Positions 17,884 to 27,798 of a stretch of DNA of 64,000 nt are shown here, one piece after another. The DNA comes from a bacterium (lineage in GTDB: Bacteria > Hydrothermota > Tepidihabitantia > B3-TA06), in NCBI GenBank assembly GCA_012517375.1, contig JAAYVC010000037.1:3485-67484 (forward strand), read 5' to 3'. Positions within the stretch are counted from its first letter, which is position 1, and every line of letters begins with the position of its first letter. The notes beneath the pieces were generated by a model. It saw nothing but the letters and a program-made list of their open reading frames with translations, did not search any database and was not told the origin of the DNA. A program made the translations under genes and the position numbers.

Positions 17884-19212
17884 TTACTTGCCTTGCTCCA
17901 TGAGATTTCTCACCATGGATTCAAAAGGTGTTCGAATTATATCTCGCCATACGAACCTTAGACCTTCCGCTGTAAACCTCTCCTTTACGAGCCTTGCAAA
18001 ACCCCTTGCGTATATGTCGAAGGGATTGTTGAGATAGGATATTGCGAGCCTTAAGAGATAATGCATCTCGGCTGGACTTATATGAGGGTGGTTCCAGACC
18101 AGATGCTTCGCGTCGTAGTGCCTGTAGAACTTATCTCTTATCCCGTACCTGGATTCGGTCTCGCTCCACAACGGCGTTTGGGGGAACGGCGTTATCACGT
18201 TTACCTGAAAAGCGTCGAACCCGACTGACTTGAGCGCGCGGACGTCGTCCCAAAGCGTCCGGGCGTCCTGGCTCTCGTAGCCTATCATGTAGTAGACCAT
18301 GCGGTACATGGCTTTCTTTTCACTCGTCCTCCGCTCGAACTCGACTATCTCCTCTATCCTCTGTTTCTTGTCGATTGAATCGAGAGAGGACTGCGACATG
18401 GCCTCGACCCCTATCAGAGGGAATCTGAGCCCGCGCTCGTGCCAGGTATCAAGATGCCTCATGAAGAGCGCCGCGCGCGACTGCGCCCACCAGCGGAGCT
18501 TGTATCGGGCCAACAGAAGGGTCAGCCTGTCCGCGAACCCGGGGCTTATCCCGAAGAGCTCGTCGAGCACCAGGACGTCGGTCACACCGGTCCTTGAGTA
18601 CTCGCGTAACACCCTCTCGATGCTGTCTATGTTGACGTTAAACCGGACCTTGTCGTAGGAGGGCGTCTGGCAGAAAGTGCATTTGTACGGGCAGCCGCGC
18701 TCGGTATAGAGAATTCCCATCCTTAGATAAGGGATATTGCCCGGTATGAAATCCATAGGCCATATTATCGACGGATGCAGGACGTCCGTTACCCTTTTAC
18801 CGAAGACCTGTGCGACAGCGTCCTCCGACGCACCGGTGAAGACCCTGTCCACCTCTCGCGGTACCGCCTCGTCCAGCGCTCCGTACCCTCCGGCCCATAT
18901 CTCCTTCACTCCATGCCTGCGGGCCTCGCGAACCATCTCGAAGACCTCCGCAATCTCGTTCTGGAAGAACGAGAAGCCGACTACGTCCCAACCCTCCTTA
19001 AGCTTTTTAACGTAGTCCCGCCATAAGGGGTACTCGAGTATCTCAAGTTCGGGCACGTTGCGCTTAAGGAACCGGAGCGCCGGCGACTGTTTGCGCTTGA
19101 GCGAAACCCTCGGTTTAAGATACACGTTCTCGCCCACATAATCCAGAAAGTCGTCCCTGAATCGCCTGTATGAGGTGCAGATGAGAATCCTCGGGTTGCT
19201 TGAGAGCGCCAT
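17884..19212 (-). CDS. B12-binding-domain-type radical SAM protein (paralogue 2)
   Basis: RGCPYKCTFC; WDVVGFSF..IWAGG; ITPFPQTPLW. Confidence 0.9.
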   Translation of the reverse strand: MALSSNPRILICTSYRRFRDDFLDYVGENVYLKPRVSLKRKQSPALRFLKRNVPELEILEYPLWRDYVKKLKEGWDVVGFSFFQNEIAEVFEMVREARRHGVKEIWAGGYGALDEAVPREVDRVFTGASEDAVAQVFGKRVTDVLHPSIIWPMDFIPGNIPYLRMGILYTERGCPYKCTFCQTPSYDKVRFNVNIDSIERVLREYSRTGVTDVLVLDELFGISPGFADRLTLLLARYKLRWWAQSRAALFMRHLDTWHERGLRFPLIGVEAMSQSSLDSIDKKQRIEEIVEFERRTSEKKAMYRMVYYMIGYESQDARTLWDDVRALKSVGFDAFQVNVITPFPQTPLWSETESRYGIRDKFYRHYDAKHLVWNHPHISPAEMHYLLRLAISYLNNPFDIYARGFARLVKERFTAEGLRFVWRDIIRTPFESMVRNLMEQGK

Positions 19213-19215
19213 CCT

Positions 19216-20631
19216 CTAAACCCGTCCATCCAGGAAGACCTGCTTGCGCTCGTCGTATGCGAGGGAATGCAGGAAAGGTCTGGCAATATCGTCCCACAGG
19301 AAACCGAGGCCTTTCTTGTAAATCCTCTTCTGAGCCATTCTTATCACGCCAGCCCCGTAGTTCTTCATCGGTATGTTGAGGGAAGCCATGCCCACACGCT
19401 TGAGAAACTCCATGCTCCCGGCAGAGATGCGAGGGTGGTTCCAGACGAGAAACCGAGCGTCGAACTTGCGGTAGTCCTTCTCGAATATCCCGTAGCGCTC
19501 CTTAATCTCGAACCATTGAGGCGTCTTCGGGTAGGGGGTCAGCACTGTGAGCTGGTGGGCGTCAAAGCCAATCTCCCTAAGAATCTCGTAGTCCGAAAGC
19601 ACGGACTCGACCGTATCCTCCTCATAGCCTATCATGTAGAAAGCCATTGTGAACACCTTTCGCTCCCTGGTGGCGCGCCTGAACTCCCTCATCACATCAA
19701 GACTCGTCCGCTTGCCAATCCGCTTCAATATCTCGTCGTTCACGCTCTCGACCCCGAAACCTACGTTGACCATGCCCCGCTCGGTCCAGGAATCTATGTG
19801 CTTTAAGGTCAAGTCGGCCCTTGACTGCACCCACCAGTGAAACCCGTAGCGGGCAAGCATATCGAGCACCTGTTCCGAATGAGAAGGGAACGTATAAAAG
19901 GTCTCGTCGAGTATAAAAAGCTCATTTATACCGTGGGAGCGGTAGTATCTTAAAACCTCCTCTATCGACTCAAGAGGCAGTCTTGCCGGATGAGGCGAGT
20001 GTACGGGAGTCTGGCAGAACGTGCACCTATAGGGACATCCGCGCTGGGTGAAGAGGAGCCCTATCTTCTTGTAAGGCACGGCTGGGGGCAGGACAACCCT
20101 GACAGGTATAACAACCGGAGGGTGCAGGGTTCTTTCAAGCTTCCTGCCGAAGCATTCCTCAAGAACCTCTGCCTCTACGTACCCGTACCAGATTCTGTCT
20201 GCAAACCCCTCCGCCTCCTCCGATAACCCGCCGTAGCCGCCCGCCCATATCTCCCCGACCCCCTGCCTGCGCGCCTCCTCCACCATCTCCAAAATCTCTG
20301 CCAGATCGTGCTGGAAGAACGAGAAGCCCACGACATCCCACCCTTCCCTGAGCTTTGCCACGTACTCATGCCACAGGGGAAACTCCATAATCTCGAGTTC
20401 AGGCACGTTCTGCTTCATGAACCTGAGAGAGGTTGAAACCGTTCTTATGAAACCGAAGCGCGGGGTGCGGAAAAAGTTAGCGCCAACGGCATCGTAATAA
20501 TCACGGGGGCTGTGCCTGTAGGCGGTTGTCAATAAGATTCTTGGCGAGGAAGTCAAGGGGCGCGGGGAGGGCAAGGAGGGCGAGGAGCTTGGGGGCATTT
20601 CAGCCGAGACTCCCTCTCGCGATGGACTCAA
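19216..20631 (-). CDS. B12-binding-domain-type radical SAM protein (paralogue 1); start uncertain
   Basis: RGCPYRCTFC; GFGVES; LTPYPKTP; Ser/Pro-rich N-terminal extension. Confidence 0.9.
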   Translation of the reverse strand: MSPSREGVSAEMPPSSSPSLPSPRPLTSSPRILLTTAYRHSPRDYYDAVGANFFRTPRFGFIRTVSTSLRFMKQNVPELEIMEFPLWHEYVAKLREGWDVVGFSFFQHDLAEILEMVEEARRQGVGEIWAGGYGGLSEEAEGFADRIWYGYVEAEVLEECFGRKLERTLHPPVVIPVRVVLPPAVPYKKIGLLFTQRGCPYRCTFCQTPVHSPHPARLPLESIEEVLRYYRSHGINELFILDETFYTFPSHSEQVLDMLARYGFHWWVQSRADLTLKHIDSWTERGMVNVGFGVESVNDEILKRIGKRTSLDVMREFRRATRERKVFTMAFYMIGYEEDTVESVLSDYEILREIGFDAHQLTVLTPYPKTPQWFEIKERYGIFEKDYRKFDARFLVWNHPRISAGSMEFLKRVGMASLNIPMKNYGAGVIRMAQKRIYKKGLGFLWDDIARPFLHSLAYDERKQVFLDGRV

Positions 20632-20678
20632 AATACCCGGTTATTCCCGATGATTTTACAGCCCTCAAATCAGACACC

Positions 20679-22439
20679 CTACTTATCAATGGGCAGAAGA
20701 AGCCATGAGGTGTAATCCGCGACTCCCAGGTAGGCTTCTGATGCGGCAACGGAGAGGGCTTTTCCGGGTGTATCTATGTAGCCGAGAATCCGTGGCGAAT
20801 GAGGATCACTCACGTCAACCTTCAGCACGCCCTTCTCGCCGCAAGCCAGATACAATGTGGAGCCAGAGAGCGCGAGACCATAAGGTCTTGAACCAAGCAT
20901 GGTGAAAGAAAGCTGTCCGGGCTCTTTCGGATTGCTTATATCGAGCGCCGCCAGAGCGCCTATCGAGTCGGCAACGTACAGCCTGTCCTGTTCAACCAAA
21001 AGCGACCGGGGGCTTACTGTCCCGGGATACAGGGAAAGCGTTACCGGCGTTTCGCCCTCCTTCCTTAAAGCCACTACCCACAGTCCAGAATCCGGATCTG
21101 CCACGTAGACGATGGAATCCTTAACGGCAACGTCAACCGCCTTGATTCCTTCAAGCTTGCCCTTCTCCTTCAGGGGCCCGCAAGGGCATATCCAGAGCAC
21201 CCGCAGCCCTTTTTCGCCCGCCGCATCAAGAATGAGTTCATTGGAGAGCGCGATTCTCGAAAGGTCTCCTGCCTGGTTTATGGTGAAATCCGGTTTCGTA
21301 ACAGGGAACTCCTTCAAGGAAAAGATGCTTAGCAGGGAGCGTCCGGGATCAACCACGTAAAGATTGGTTCCGGAGAGAAGCACGCCGGCGGCGTTATCGG
21401 GCTTCGGGTCAGCGAAACCGACGACGAGCTTTTCGGGCTCGGGCTTTACAACCTTTGCACCGTCCCTGCCCTGCGCGATAGCCCAGAACTCGCCGCCCCT
21501 TGCCGTGTGAACGGAGGGAGCATTCTTGGGAAGTCTCTTCGTGATCTCCATGTTCGCGAAATTCTTTCCCTCAAGGAATACGATTCCTTTGTCCCTGAGC
21601 GCAAGATAAAAGCCTTTCTTTGAGGGCAGGATATCGGCCACATATCCTTCAGCAAAGCCTCGGGAAGCGTCAAGCCTTTTTCCTTTGGCATCGAATACGG
21701 CATATCCTTGATAACCCAGCGCCGCAAACAGTTTCTTCGACTGAAAACAAAGCGCCACTGGTGAAGCGGGCGCATCAAAAACACTTTCCTCTTTTGGCTC
21801 CTTAGGGTCCTTCAGCGAAAAGACCGCTATCTTTGACTCGCTTAATCCCGCATAGAGCCTTGAATCGCCTGCGGCAAGGGTTTTTACTCCCGGAAGAGAA
21901 GTCTCCTTAATGATTTTCGGTGCTTTTTCGCAGGTAATTACATATATGCTCCCGCCTGCGGCGGCGTAAAAATAACCATTCCAGAAGACGATGCTTTCAA
22001 CCTTTGAACCGAGATTGACACTTGCCGGTGCATCGTTCTTTGAAGACAAGTAGATAACGGCGAATAAGCCGGATTCTGTTCCTGCGGCAACGAAACCCTG
22101 GCCGCAAGAAAGCGCCGTTACTTCTGAACCTATCTCATAACTTCCAAGATTAGAGCCTGACGCGTCGAACAAGGCGACTGATTCTGCGTCAGAAAGACAG
22201 AGCTTGCCGTCGTCGCACGAGCGGACTTTTCTCGAATAACCGAGGGTAGGGAAATGTCCGACCGCTTTAAGCTCCGTATCCATCGCTGCAAGACCGTATC
22301 CGGAAGCGGCATACAGCCTGCCGCCCATCTCGACCAGATTCCAATAATCACCCGATATAAAATGACTGGCGGCTCCCTCGGGCAGGATACTTTTGCCTTC
22401 CTGGACCCCGAAAAGGAACGTAAGTATCGAAAACAGCAT
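20679..22439 (-). CDS. Exported LVIVD-repeat beta-propeller protein with CPCGP motif
   Basis: Repeats LYVADSIGALAALDISNP, LYLACGEKGVLKVDVSDP; short hydrophobic N-terminus. Confidence 0.8.
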   Translation of the reverse strand: MLFSILTFLFGVQEGKSILPEGAASHFISGDYWNLVEMGGRLYAASGYGLAAMDTELKAVGHFPTLGYSRKVRSCDDGKLCLSDAESVALFDASGSNLGSYEIGSEVTALSCGQGFVAAGTESGLFAVIYLSSKNDAPASVNLGSKVESIVFWNGYFYAAAGGSIYVITCEKAPKIIKETSLPGVKTLAAGDSRLYAGLSESKIAVFSLKDPKEPKEESVFDAPASPVALCFQSKKLFAALGYQGYAVFDAKGKRLDASRGFAEGYVADILPSKKGFYLALRDKGIVFLEGKNFANMEITKRLPKNAPSVHTARGGEFWAIAQGRDGAKVVKPEPEKLVVGFADPKPDNAAGVLLSGTNLYVVDPGRSLLSIFSLKEFPVTKPDFTINQAGDLSRIALSNELILDAAGEKGLRVLWICPCGPLKEKGKLEGIKAVDVAVKDSIVYVADPDSGLWVVALRKEGETPVTLSLYPGTVSPRSLLVEQDRLYVADSIGALAALDISNPKEPGQLSFTMLGSRPYGLALSGSTLYLACGEKGVLKVDVSDPHSPRILGYIDTPGKALSVAASEAYLGVADYTSWLLLPIDK

Positions 22440-22454
22440 CTTTCTTCTCCTGAA

Positions 22455-24215
22455 TCAATTGATTGAATACAGTTCAACGGCGTACGGAGTCGAAACCAGC
22501 AAACGCTGTCCGGTTAAGCCTACGCCTCTTGCGCCGTATACGTCTATCCTCGAGATAATCCTGGGTTTTGCCCTGTCGCTGATATCGAGAACGTATACAC
22601 CCTCCTTGCCCGCAGCCACATAAAGCGTATCGCCTTTAATCGCAAGCGCCGAAGGCGTGCCGTCAAGCTCCAATGCAGCCTCTTCCTTGAGTTTTGAAGG
22701 TCTCGATGCGTTAATCAATCCCAGACCGCCCTTCTTGTCAAGACCGACAAGAAGATTCCCTTCAAGGTAAAGCCTGTCGTACGTTCTGGAAAGATCAGCG
22801 CTTGATACGGTTTCGAGTTTTGTGCTGTCCTTCCAGGAAACCGTATAAATCTTATTGCCTGAACCCGAGACAAGTACGAGCCTTGTATCGGGTATAATCT
22901 TTACGTCGAGCGCGCGGCCTTCAATCCCAAGCCTGCCCAGCTCCTTGAATGGGCCGCACGGGCAGCGCCAGTACGAACCGACGCCTCTTGTATCCTCGGC
23001 GGTGAGAACGATTTCTCCTTCGGCATCAAGACCAGAAAGCATGGACTCGTACTGAATGAACGAGCGCCTTTCGGGCCGAGAGGGGTCTTTTATATCGACT
23101 ATCTTGAGCAGGTTGGTTGCGGTAACTGCATATATCTGCGTTCCGAAAAGGTACAAAATCCTCGCGTCATCAATATCCTTATAGGCTCCGAGATAAGCGA
23201 GCGTATCGCCTATGTTTATCGTCCTTATCCCGCCCTGTCCTACCGCGGCTACGGCGATATCTCCCACGCAAAGAAGCTCGTAACCGTCGCCGACACTCTT
23301 GTAGAAGATTCCGTTCAGGAAAGGCGGGCCTATGGAAAGGTCAACCTTTCCGAAGCCCTGGGTGGTCATGACCAGGAGAAGAGAGTCCTTAAGCGCGAGG
23401 CTGGTTGCCAAGCCGTACATATCCATTTCCTGGGAAAGAAGGGGTTTGCGAGGTTCCGCAATGGAAAAAATCAAGAGATCGGCCGTGCCGGCCGCGGCGG
23501 CAAGTCTGTCCTTGTAAGCATCCAGCCTTCTTATCTCTCCTTTCGCTTCAACCTTCGCGACTACCTTCGCGGAGTTTCGTTTGGGTTCAACTACCCACAG
23601 TCCTTCGTCTCCTGCTGCAAGATAGATGATATTGTTCGCGGGAAAAACGTCGAGAACGGCCGGGTCGCCGTCTACAGACAGCTTCACGCACTCAACCTTT
23701 TTTTGAGAGAAGTCGACGGCATAAAGACCTGCGGTGTCGGATGCGAGATAAAGCGTTGCGCCCGAGGGGACAATTCTCGCGGGCGGAGCAGCAAGCATCA
23801 CGGGAGACGGCTCAATCTGCGCTCCCGATGAAAGGTCTATTCCGTAAAGTCTCAGTGAATCATCCGCGAACCACAGCGTATCTCCATCAAGAGACATTGC
23901 TGACACCGCTTCGTCAAAGATTGTTGCCGCATCTGTGACCTGTTTATCGGCTGGGTCTAGCGTTAAAGCCGTTATGCCTCTCGAACCTGCGACATAAAAT
24001 GTGCCGTCGTAGCGGACAATGGTATGATTCCTGCCTGGAAGGAGTCTATCAGAAAGGCGAAGCATGTCCGATAATCTGAAAGCGGTAAAGCCTCTTCCGT
24101 CAGCCATGTAAATAGCCTCGCCATCCATTACGGAGGACGAGAATTCGCCGCCGACAACCAAACCGGTTTCGTATTCGACATTGCCCAAGAGAGGCAGAAG
24201 CAAGAGAACCGACAT
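22455..24215 (-). CDS. Exported LVIVD-repeat beta-propeller protein with CPCGP motif
   Basis: Repeats IYLAAGDEGLWVVE, LYVAAGKEGVYVLDISD, LKIVDIKDP. Confidence 0.8.
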   Translation of the reverse strand: MSVLLLLPLLGNVEYETGLVVGGEFSSSVMDGEAIYMADGRGFTAFRLSDMLRLSDRLLPGRNHTIVRYDGTFYVAGSRGITALTLDPADKQVTDAATIFDEAVSAMSLDGDTLWFADDSLRLYGIDLSSGAQIEPSPVMLAAPPARIVPSGATLYLASDTAGLYAVDFSQKKVECVKLSVDGDPAVLDVFPANNIIYLAAGDEGLWVVEPKRNSAKVVAKVEAKGEIRRLDAYKDRLAAAAGTADLLIFSIAEPRKPLLSQEMDMYGLATSLALKDSLLLVMTTQGFGKVDLSIGPPFLNGIFYKSVGDGYELLCVGDIAVAAVGQGGIRTINIGDTLAYLGAYKDIDDARILYLFGTQIYAVTATNLLKIVDIKDPSRPERRSFIQYESMLSGLDAEGEIVLTAEDTRGVGSYWRCPCGPFKELGRLGIEGRALDVKIIPDTRLVLVSGSGNKIYTVSWKDSTKLETVSSADLSRTYDRLYLEGNLLVGLDKKGGLGLINASRPSKLKEEAALELDGTPSALAIKGDTLYVAAGKEGVYVLDISDRAKPRIISRIDVYGARGVGLTGQRLLVSTPYAVELYSIN

Positions 24216-24235
24216 GTTTGGGTTACCTGTGTATG

Positions 24236-24997
24236 TTATTGATTCTGGATAAATTGACTGCGAATGTCGAACTCCCTGTTCATCCTGAATGGAAGAGGTT
24301 TTTCAAGTAATTCCCGGTTTTTATTTCTCTTAAAATTTACATCCGTAGTCTTGATGACCGTCAAATTCGTGCCCGGAATGATGGAACCGGCATAAAGCTC
24401 TATCTCCTTAGGCCAGGTCTTACTGCCCGACTCGGCAAACTCCTTGAAAACGATCCTCGAGGCTTCATTTTGAATGCTTATAGGCTGATGGGTCGCGGCG
24501 TCGTATTCGTAAACGTTTCCGGACTTGGCCTTAATGACAAGTTTGTTTTCCTGATTGTAAAATGTGTCGATGTCGCCTACGCCTCCGGGCAGGAGATTAA
24601 AAACAGAAAGTATATCTTCCGGAGAAAAAGGAATCGAGACACCGTAGCCGCTCTTCTGATTCAGGAGTGTAGTAAGCTTAACGCCCCTGATGAAGTCGCA
24701 GATCCATATGGTATCGGCTACGCCCTTGAAGAATCCCGCAGGACCTCCGCCAGCCGAGCGAATATCGAATATGAACGAGCCCTTTTCCCAGTAAAAAAAA
24801 TAGGGGAGGAGCATCTGCGAAACTCCTGAGCTGTCTTTTGCCTCCAGGGTGCCCATTATTGAGAGGTAGTCGGGCGGTTTTTCACTTGTTAGGAACTGCA
24901 ACTCCTTGGGCATGTCCGCCGCGGCGTTTACTATCGTGAATGCAAGAAGCAGCCCGAATAGTATTGTGGCTGCCTTGAACTTGAAACTTTGATTCAT
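24236..24997 (-). CDS. Exported hypothetical protein, possibly LolA/LolB-like beta fold
   Basis: Signal peptide ending VNA; SD GGAGG; WPKEIEL motif; upstream promoter 25040-25067. Confidence 0.7.
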   Translation of the reverse strand: MNQSFKFKAATILFGLLLAFTIVNAAADMPKELQFLTSEKPPDYLSIMGTLEAKDSSGVSQMLLPYFFYWEKGSFIFDIRSAGGGPAGFFKGVADTIWICDFIRGVKLTTLLNQKSGYGVSIPFSPEDILSVFNLLPGGVGDIDTFYNQENKLVIKAKSGNVYEYDAATHQPISIQNEASRIVFKEFAESGSKTWPKEIELYAGSIIPGTNLTVIKTTDVNFKRNKNRELLEKPLPFRMNREFDIRSQFIQNQ

Positions 24998-25114
24998 TAT
25001 TATCCTCCTAAAAACGAGTCGTGAATGCTTAAAAGAACAATTATAGAAGAGCCTCGAGATATGTCAAGCCGGGATCCTTGCCTTAAGATTATTAAAAATG
25101 TATGCTTAGAGAGT

Positions 25115-25474
25115 CTAATATGCCTCTAGGCCTTCTATTTTGAGGCCTGGGTTTTTTGCAGCGAGCTTTTTCAAAGTATCTAAAACTTCCCAGGTTTTAC
25201 CCCAGGCAAGGTTTGTGTCGATTATTACGGCTATGGCACCTTTTTTCTGGCCCGAGTAACGTTTCCATAAAAAATCAACATCTATGGCGCTGTCGTTAAG
25301 CGCCAGACCAGCTTTGGTCACGCGCAGCGTATCCTGTTCCAGCTTCTCTTTCGATTGGTTCTGGAGTATCTTCATGGTTACAACCAATGCCAGAAGCACT
25401 GCCGCAGCTATAAGCACTGGTCCTTGAAAAAAACTCAGGCGCATAAGCCTGTTCCTGCGTTCGGGCAAGCTCAT
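25115..25474 (-). CDS. Small single-TM protein, weakly ExbD/TolR-like
   Basis: One N-terminal TM; C-terminal VIIDTNLAWGKTWEVLDTLKK; promoter TTGACC-16-TATAAT at 25481-25508. Confidence 0.6.
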   Translation of the reverse strand: MSLPERRNRLMRLSFFQGPVLIAAAVLLALVVTMKILQNQSKEKLEQDTLRVTKAGLALNDSAIDVDFLWKRYSGQKKGAIAVIIDTNLAWGKTWEVLDTLKKLAAKNPGLKIEGLEAY

Positions 25475-25776
25475 GCCGTTATTATAGGCATTTTGTTCCC
25501 GAGGTCAAAGAAACCATGAATCCCAAGAGCAAGAGGGGTTGACACAAAGGAATTATTTACTATCATTAATAATAGATTTTAACAGGAGTTGTTTTAAAGA
25601 GGGCGTCCTGCCCGAACACAAGAACCTTTCTTTAATGGAGCATGTGGACGGGTTTCCCCTTTAAAACAATTACAAGGATTATAATTAAAAAGGCTGATTG
25701 TCTGACCTGCTAAGACAATAAAAAAAATCGTCTTCGGTGGTGTTTTAGTGAAATTACTATCTGGAAGGAGGGCAAA

Positions 25777-26337
25777 TTGCCTGGAGTCAGAGGCAATTCC
25801 TTCGCCACCATAAACAGGTGGCTGGGTCAGAATCTGAGCGTTGAGGATTACCGTGAGTTAATCTCATCGATGAGGCCTCCAGTAACGCGCATTCTGACGA
25901 AACCTGAGGGGTGGTCGTGGTATCCCCTTGAGTATCTATCAGAGATCCTCCTCAGTCTGAAGGATTCCAAAAATCTCCGCAACGGCGAAACGCTAGACCA
26001 GCTTGGAAGGTTCCTGGCCGATGAGGACATGGGCGGCGCGCCAAAGACAACAACATCCTTTATGCCGATGCCGAGGGTGCTTCCCCGGGTTCCCTTTCTC
26101 TGGTCAAGGTCAATGGACTGCGGCGATTTCAATATCCTTCTCGTTTCGGAATCGGAGAACAAGGCTTCTATCTGTCTTTCAGGATACGACGGAGGACCCA
26201 TGCACTGCGCGCTCATCCGCGCTTGGCTCGAGCGCACGTTCGAGCTTATGAGCGGCGGCAAGGTCAGCGTTGAAGAAACCTCTTGTCGCTACGCCAACGG
26301 CGGCAACGCCTGTCACTGGGAAGTGAGCTGGGAATAG
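25777..26337 (+). CDS. V4R/H-NOX-like small ligand-binding protein
   Basis: SWYPLE; HC..IRAWLE; ETSCRYANGGNACHWEVSW; SD AGGAGG before TTG. Confidence 0.65.
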   Translation: MPGVRGNSFATINRWLGQNLSVEDYRELISSMRPPVTRILTKPEGWSWYPLEYLSEILLSLKDSKNLRNGETLDQLGRFLADEDMGGAPKTTTSFMPMPRVLPRVPFLWSRSMDCGDFNILLVSESENKASICLSGYDGGPMHCALIRAWLERTFELMSGGKVSVEETSCRYANGGNACHWEVSWE

Positions 26338-26424
26338 CAAAATACCCACGCAAACGCTCCACTTTTTTTAATGTTCGTAACGAATTGAAATTTTAGCAAA
26401 AGACCTGAGACTAAGATCTTTTTC

Positions 26425-27579
26425 TCAACGGAAGGAGAGCATCTTTTCCTTCTTAGCTCTTACCCCTTCTATTCTAATTTCGATGATGTCCATTTTGACA
26501 AGCGAATTAAGATCGCGAGAAATAGTTTTTGCGGTCTTACTTGCATAGGATTCGGCCACTCTGGGGCTGAGTTCGCGAATTTCGGATTTCGGAATGATTT
26601 GTCCCTTATTTGAAATAGCCAAAGCCAATTGTCGTTGCCTTCTAGCCGTTTTCCCCTTCTTATCTCTGAATGCTTCGTGTACATAATCCTTCCATGCGAT
26701 ATCTAAAACCTCTATAGAAACCTTTTGCATCTGTTCGCCCAACCCATCCAGAAACCCTTCTATTGCATACTGGATGAAGGGTATTACGTTTCCGCCGGAT
26801 TTTGAAGCTTGGTCAAGATGTTTGTAATACTCATTTCGGGTTTGATTGTAGTGGTTGCTTAGAAGATGTGCAGCAATTGTCGGTATACCAGCATCTAATA
26901 ATATCTGAAACTCCACCAATCTTGCGGTTCGGCCGTTTCCGTCACCGTAAGGATGTATCCACGCCAGATAAAGATGCGCGAGGACAGCTCTTATCAAAGC
27001 AAATGCGAGTTTGTGCCCCTTGGGCGCCCTGGAACGTTCTTGATTGAGCCAATCACACAGGCGTTTTAACAAGTATTCGCAATCATCTGGGGGCGCAGCA
27101 CGGTAACGGACAAGTTCAACCCCGACAGAATAGTTTCTTATCTTACCAGGAACTATTTGTTCGGGCAATTCTAAATTCTTTAGGACCAGATCATTAAACT
27201 CGTTGATTTTCTTAACAGATAGAAGCCCGCGATTGGTCCCCGTTAATAGTTCAGTTCCAATGATATTGCAGGCTTCAATTATATTGTTTATTTCTTGAGA
27301 AAGATACTCTTTGGAAGGAGGAAGGCTAAGCCTCCCTTCAACAAGTTTTAAGGCATCTTCCTCTGTAAGTGTATTCCCCTCAATAGCAGTTGTAGCTAAA
27401 GCCCCCTTGGCTAGATATAACTCATGCAATCTTTTAGCCGTTGCTGGACGTAGCGGCAAGTTTGCTAGATATTCGCACTTGGCTTGCGCTTCACCAAGCA
27501 TTAACCACAAATCATGCCTAGCTCGGCCGAGGTCGAGTGTAAATGTCAACCACGGATGTGTCTTTTCAAATGTCCGCAC
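26425..27579 (-). CDS. Fic family protein with C-terminal HTH-like region
   Basis: HPYGDGNGRTAR Fic motif; TTAIEGN; TISRDLNSLV. Confidence 0.95.
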   Translation of the reverse strand: MRTFEKTHPWLTFTLDLGRARHDLWLMLGEAQAKCEYLANLPLRPATAKRLHELYLAKGALATTAIEGNTLTEEDALKLVEGRLSLPPSKEYLSQEINNIIEACNIIGTELLTGTNRGLLSVKKINEFNDLVLKNLELPEQIVPGKIRNYSVGVELVRYRAAPPDDCEYLLKRLCDWLNQERSRAPKGHKLAFALIRAVLAHLYLAWIHPYGDGNGRTARLVEFQILLDAGIPTIAAHLLSNHYNQTRNEYYKHLDQASKSGGNVIPFIQYAIEGFLDGLGEQMQKVSIEVLDIAWKDYVHEAFRDKKGKTARRQRQLALAISNKGQIIPKSEIRELSPRVAESYASKTAKTISRDLNSLVKMDIIEIRIEGVRAKKEKMLSFR

Positions 27580-27747
27580 TTATGTCCTCAAAGATGTCCA
27601 ATTGATTTGATTATTATATATATGTAAATATAAAAAGTTACAACAACAAGTAATCTTATGATCCCCTTTTTTTGTCTAACAATATATCCCTATTATAGTC
27701 CTCGTTTTGGGTATTGTCAAGTAACGATTCACTCTCCGCTATTCTCC

Positions 27748-27776
27748 TTGACAACCTCCACCTCCTCCCCTATAAT
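27748..27776 (+). promoter_or_regulatory. Consensus sigma-70 promoter of the riboswitch-btuB transcript
   Basis: TTGACA-17 bp-TATAAT. Confidence 0.85.
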
Positions 27777-27798
27777 CTTCTAACAACTTGCGTGTAAA

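Noticed and set aside
14856-20631. RiPP cluster
   Set aside because: No convincing precursor, RRE, peptidase or ABC exporter; kept only as an unknown pathway.
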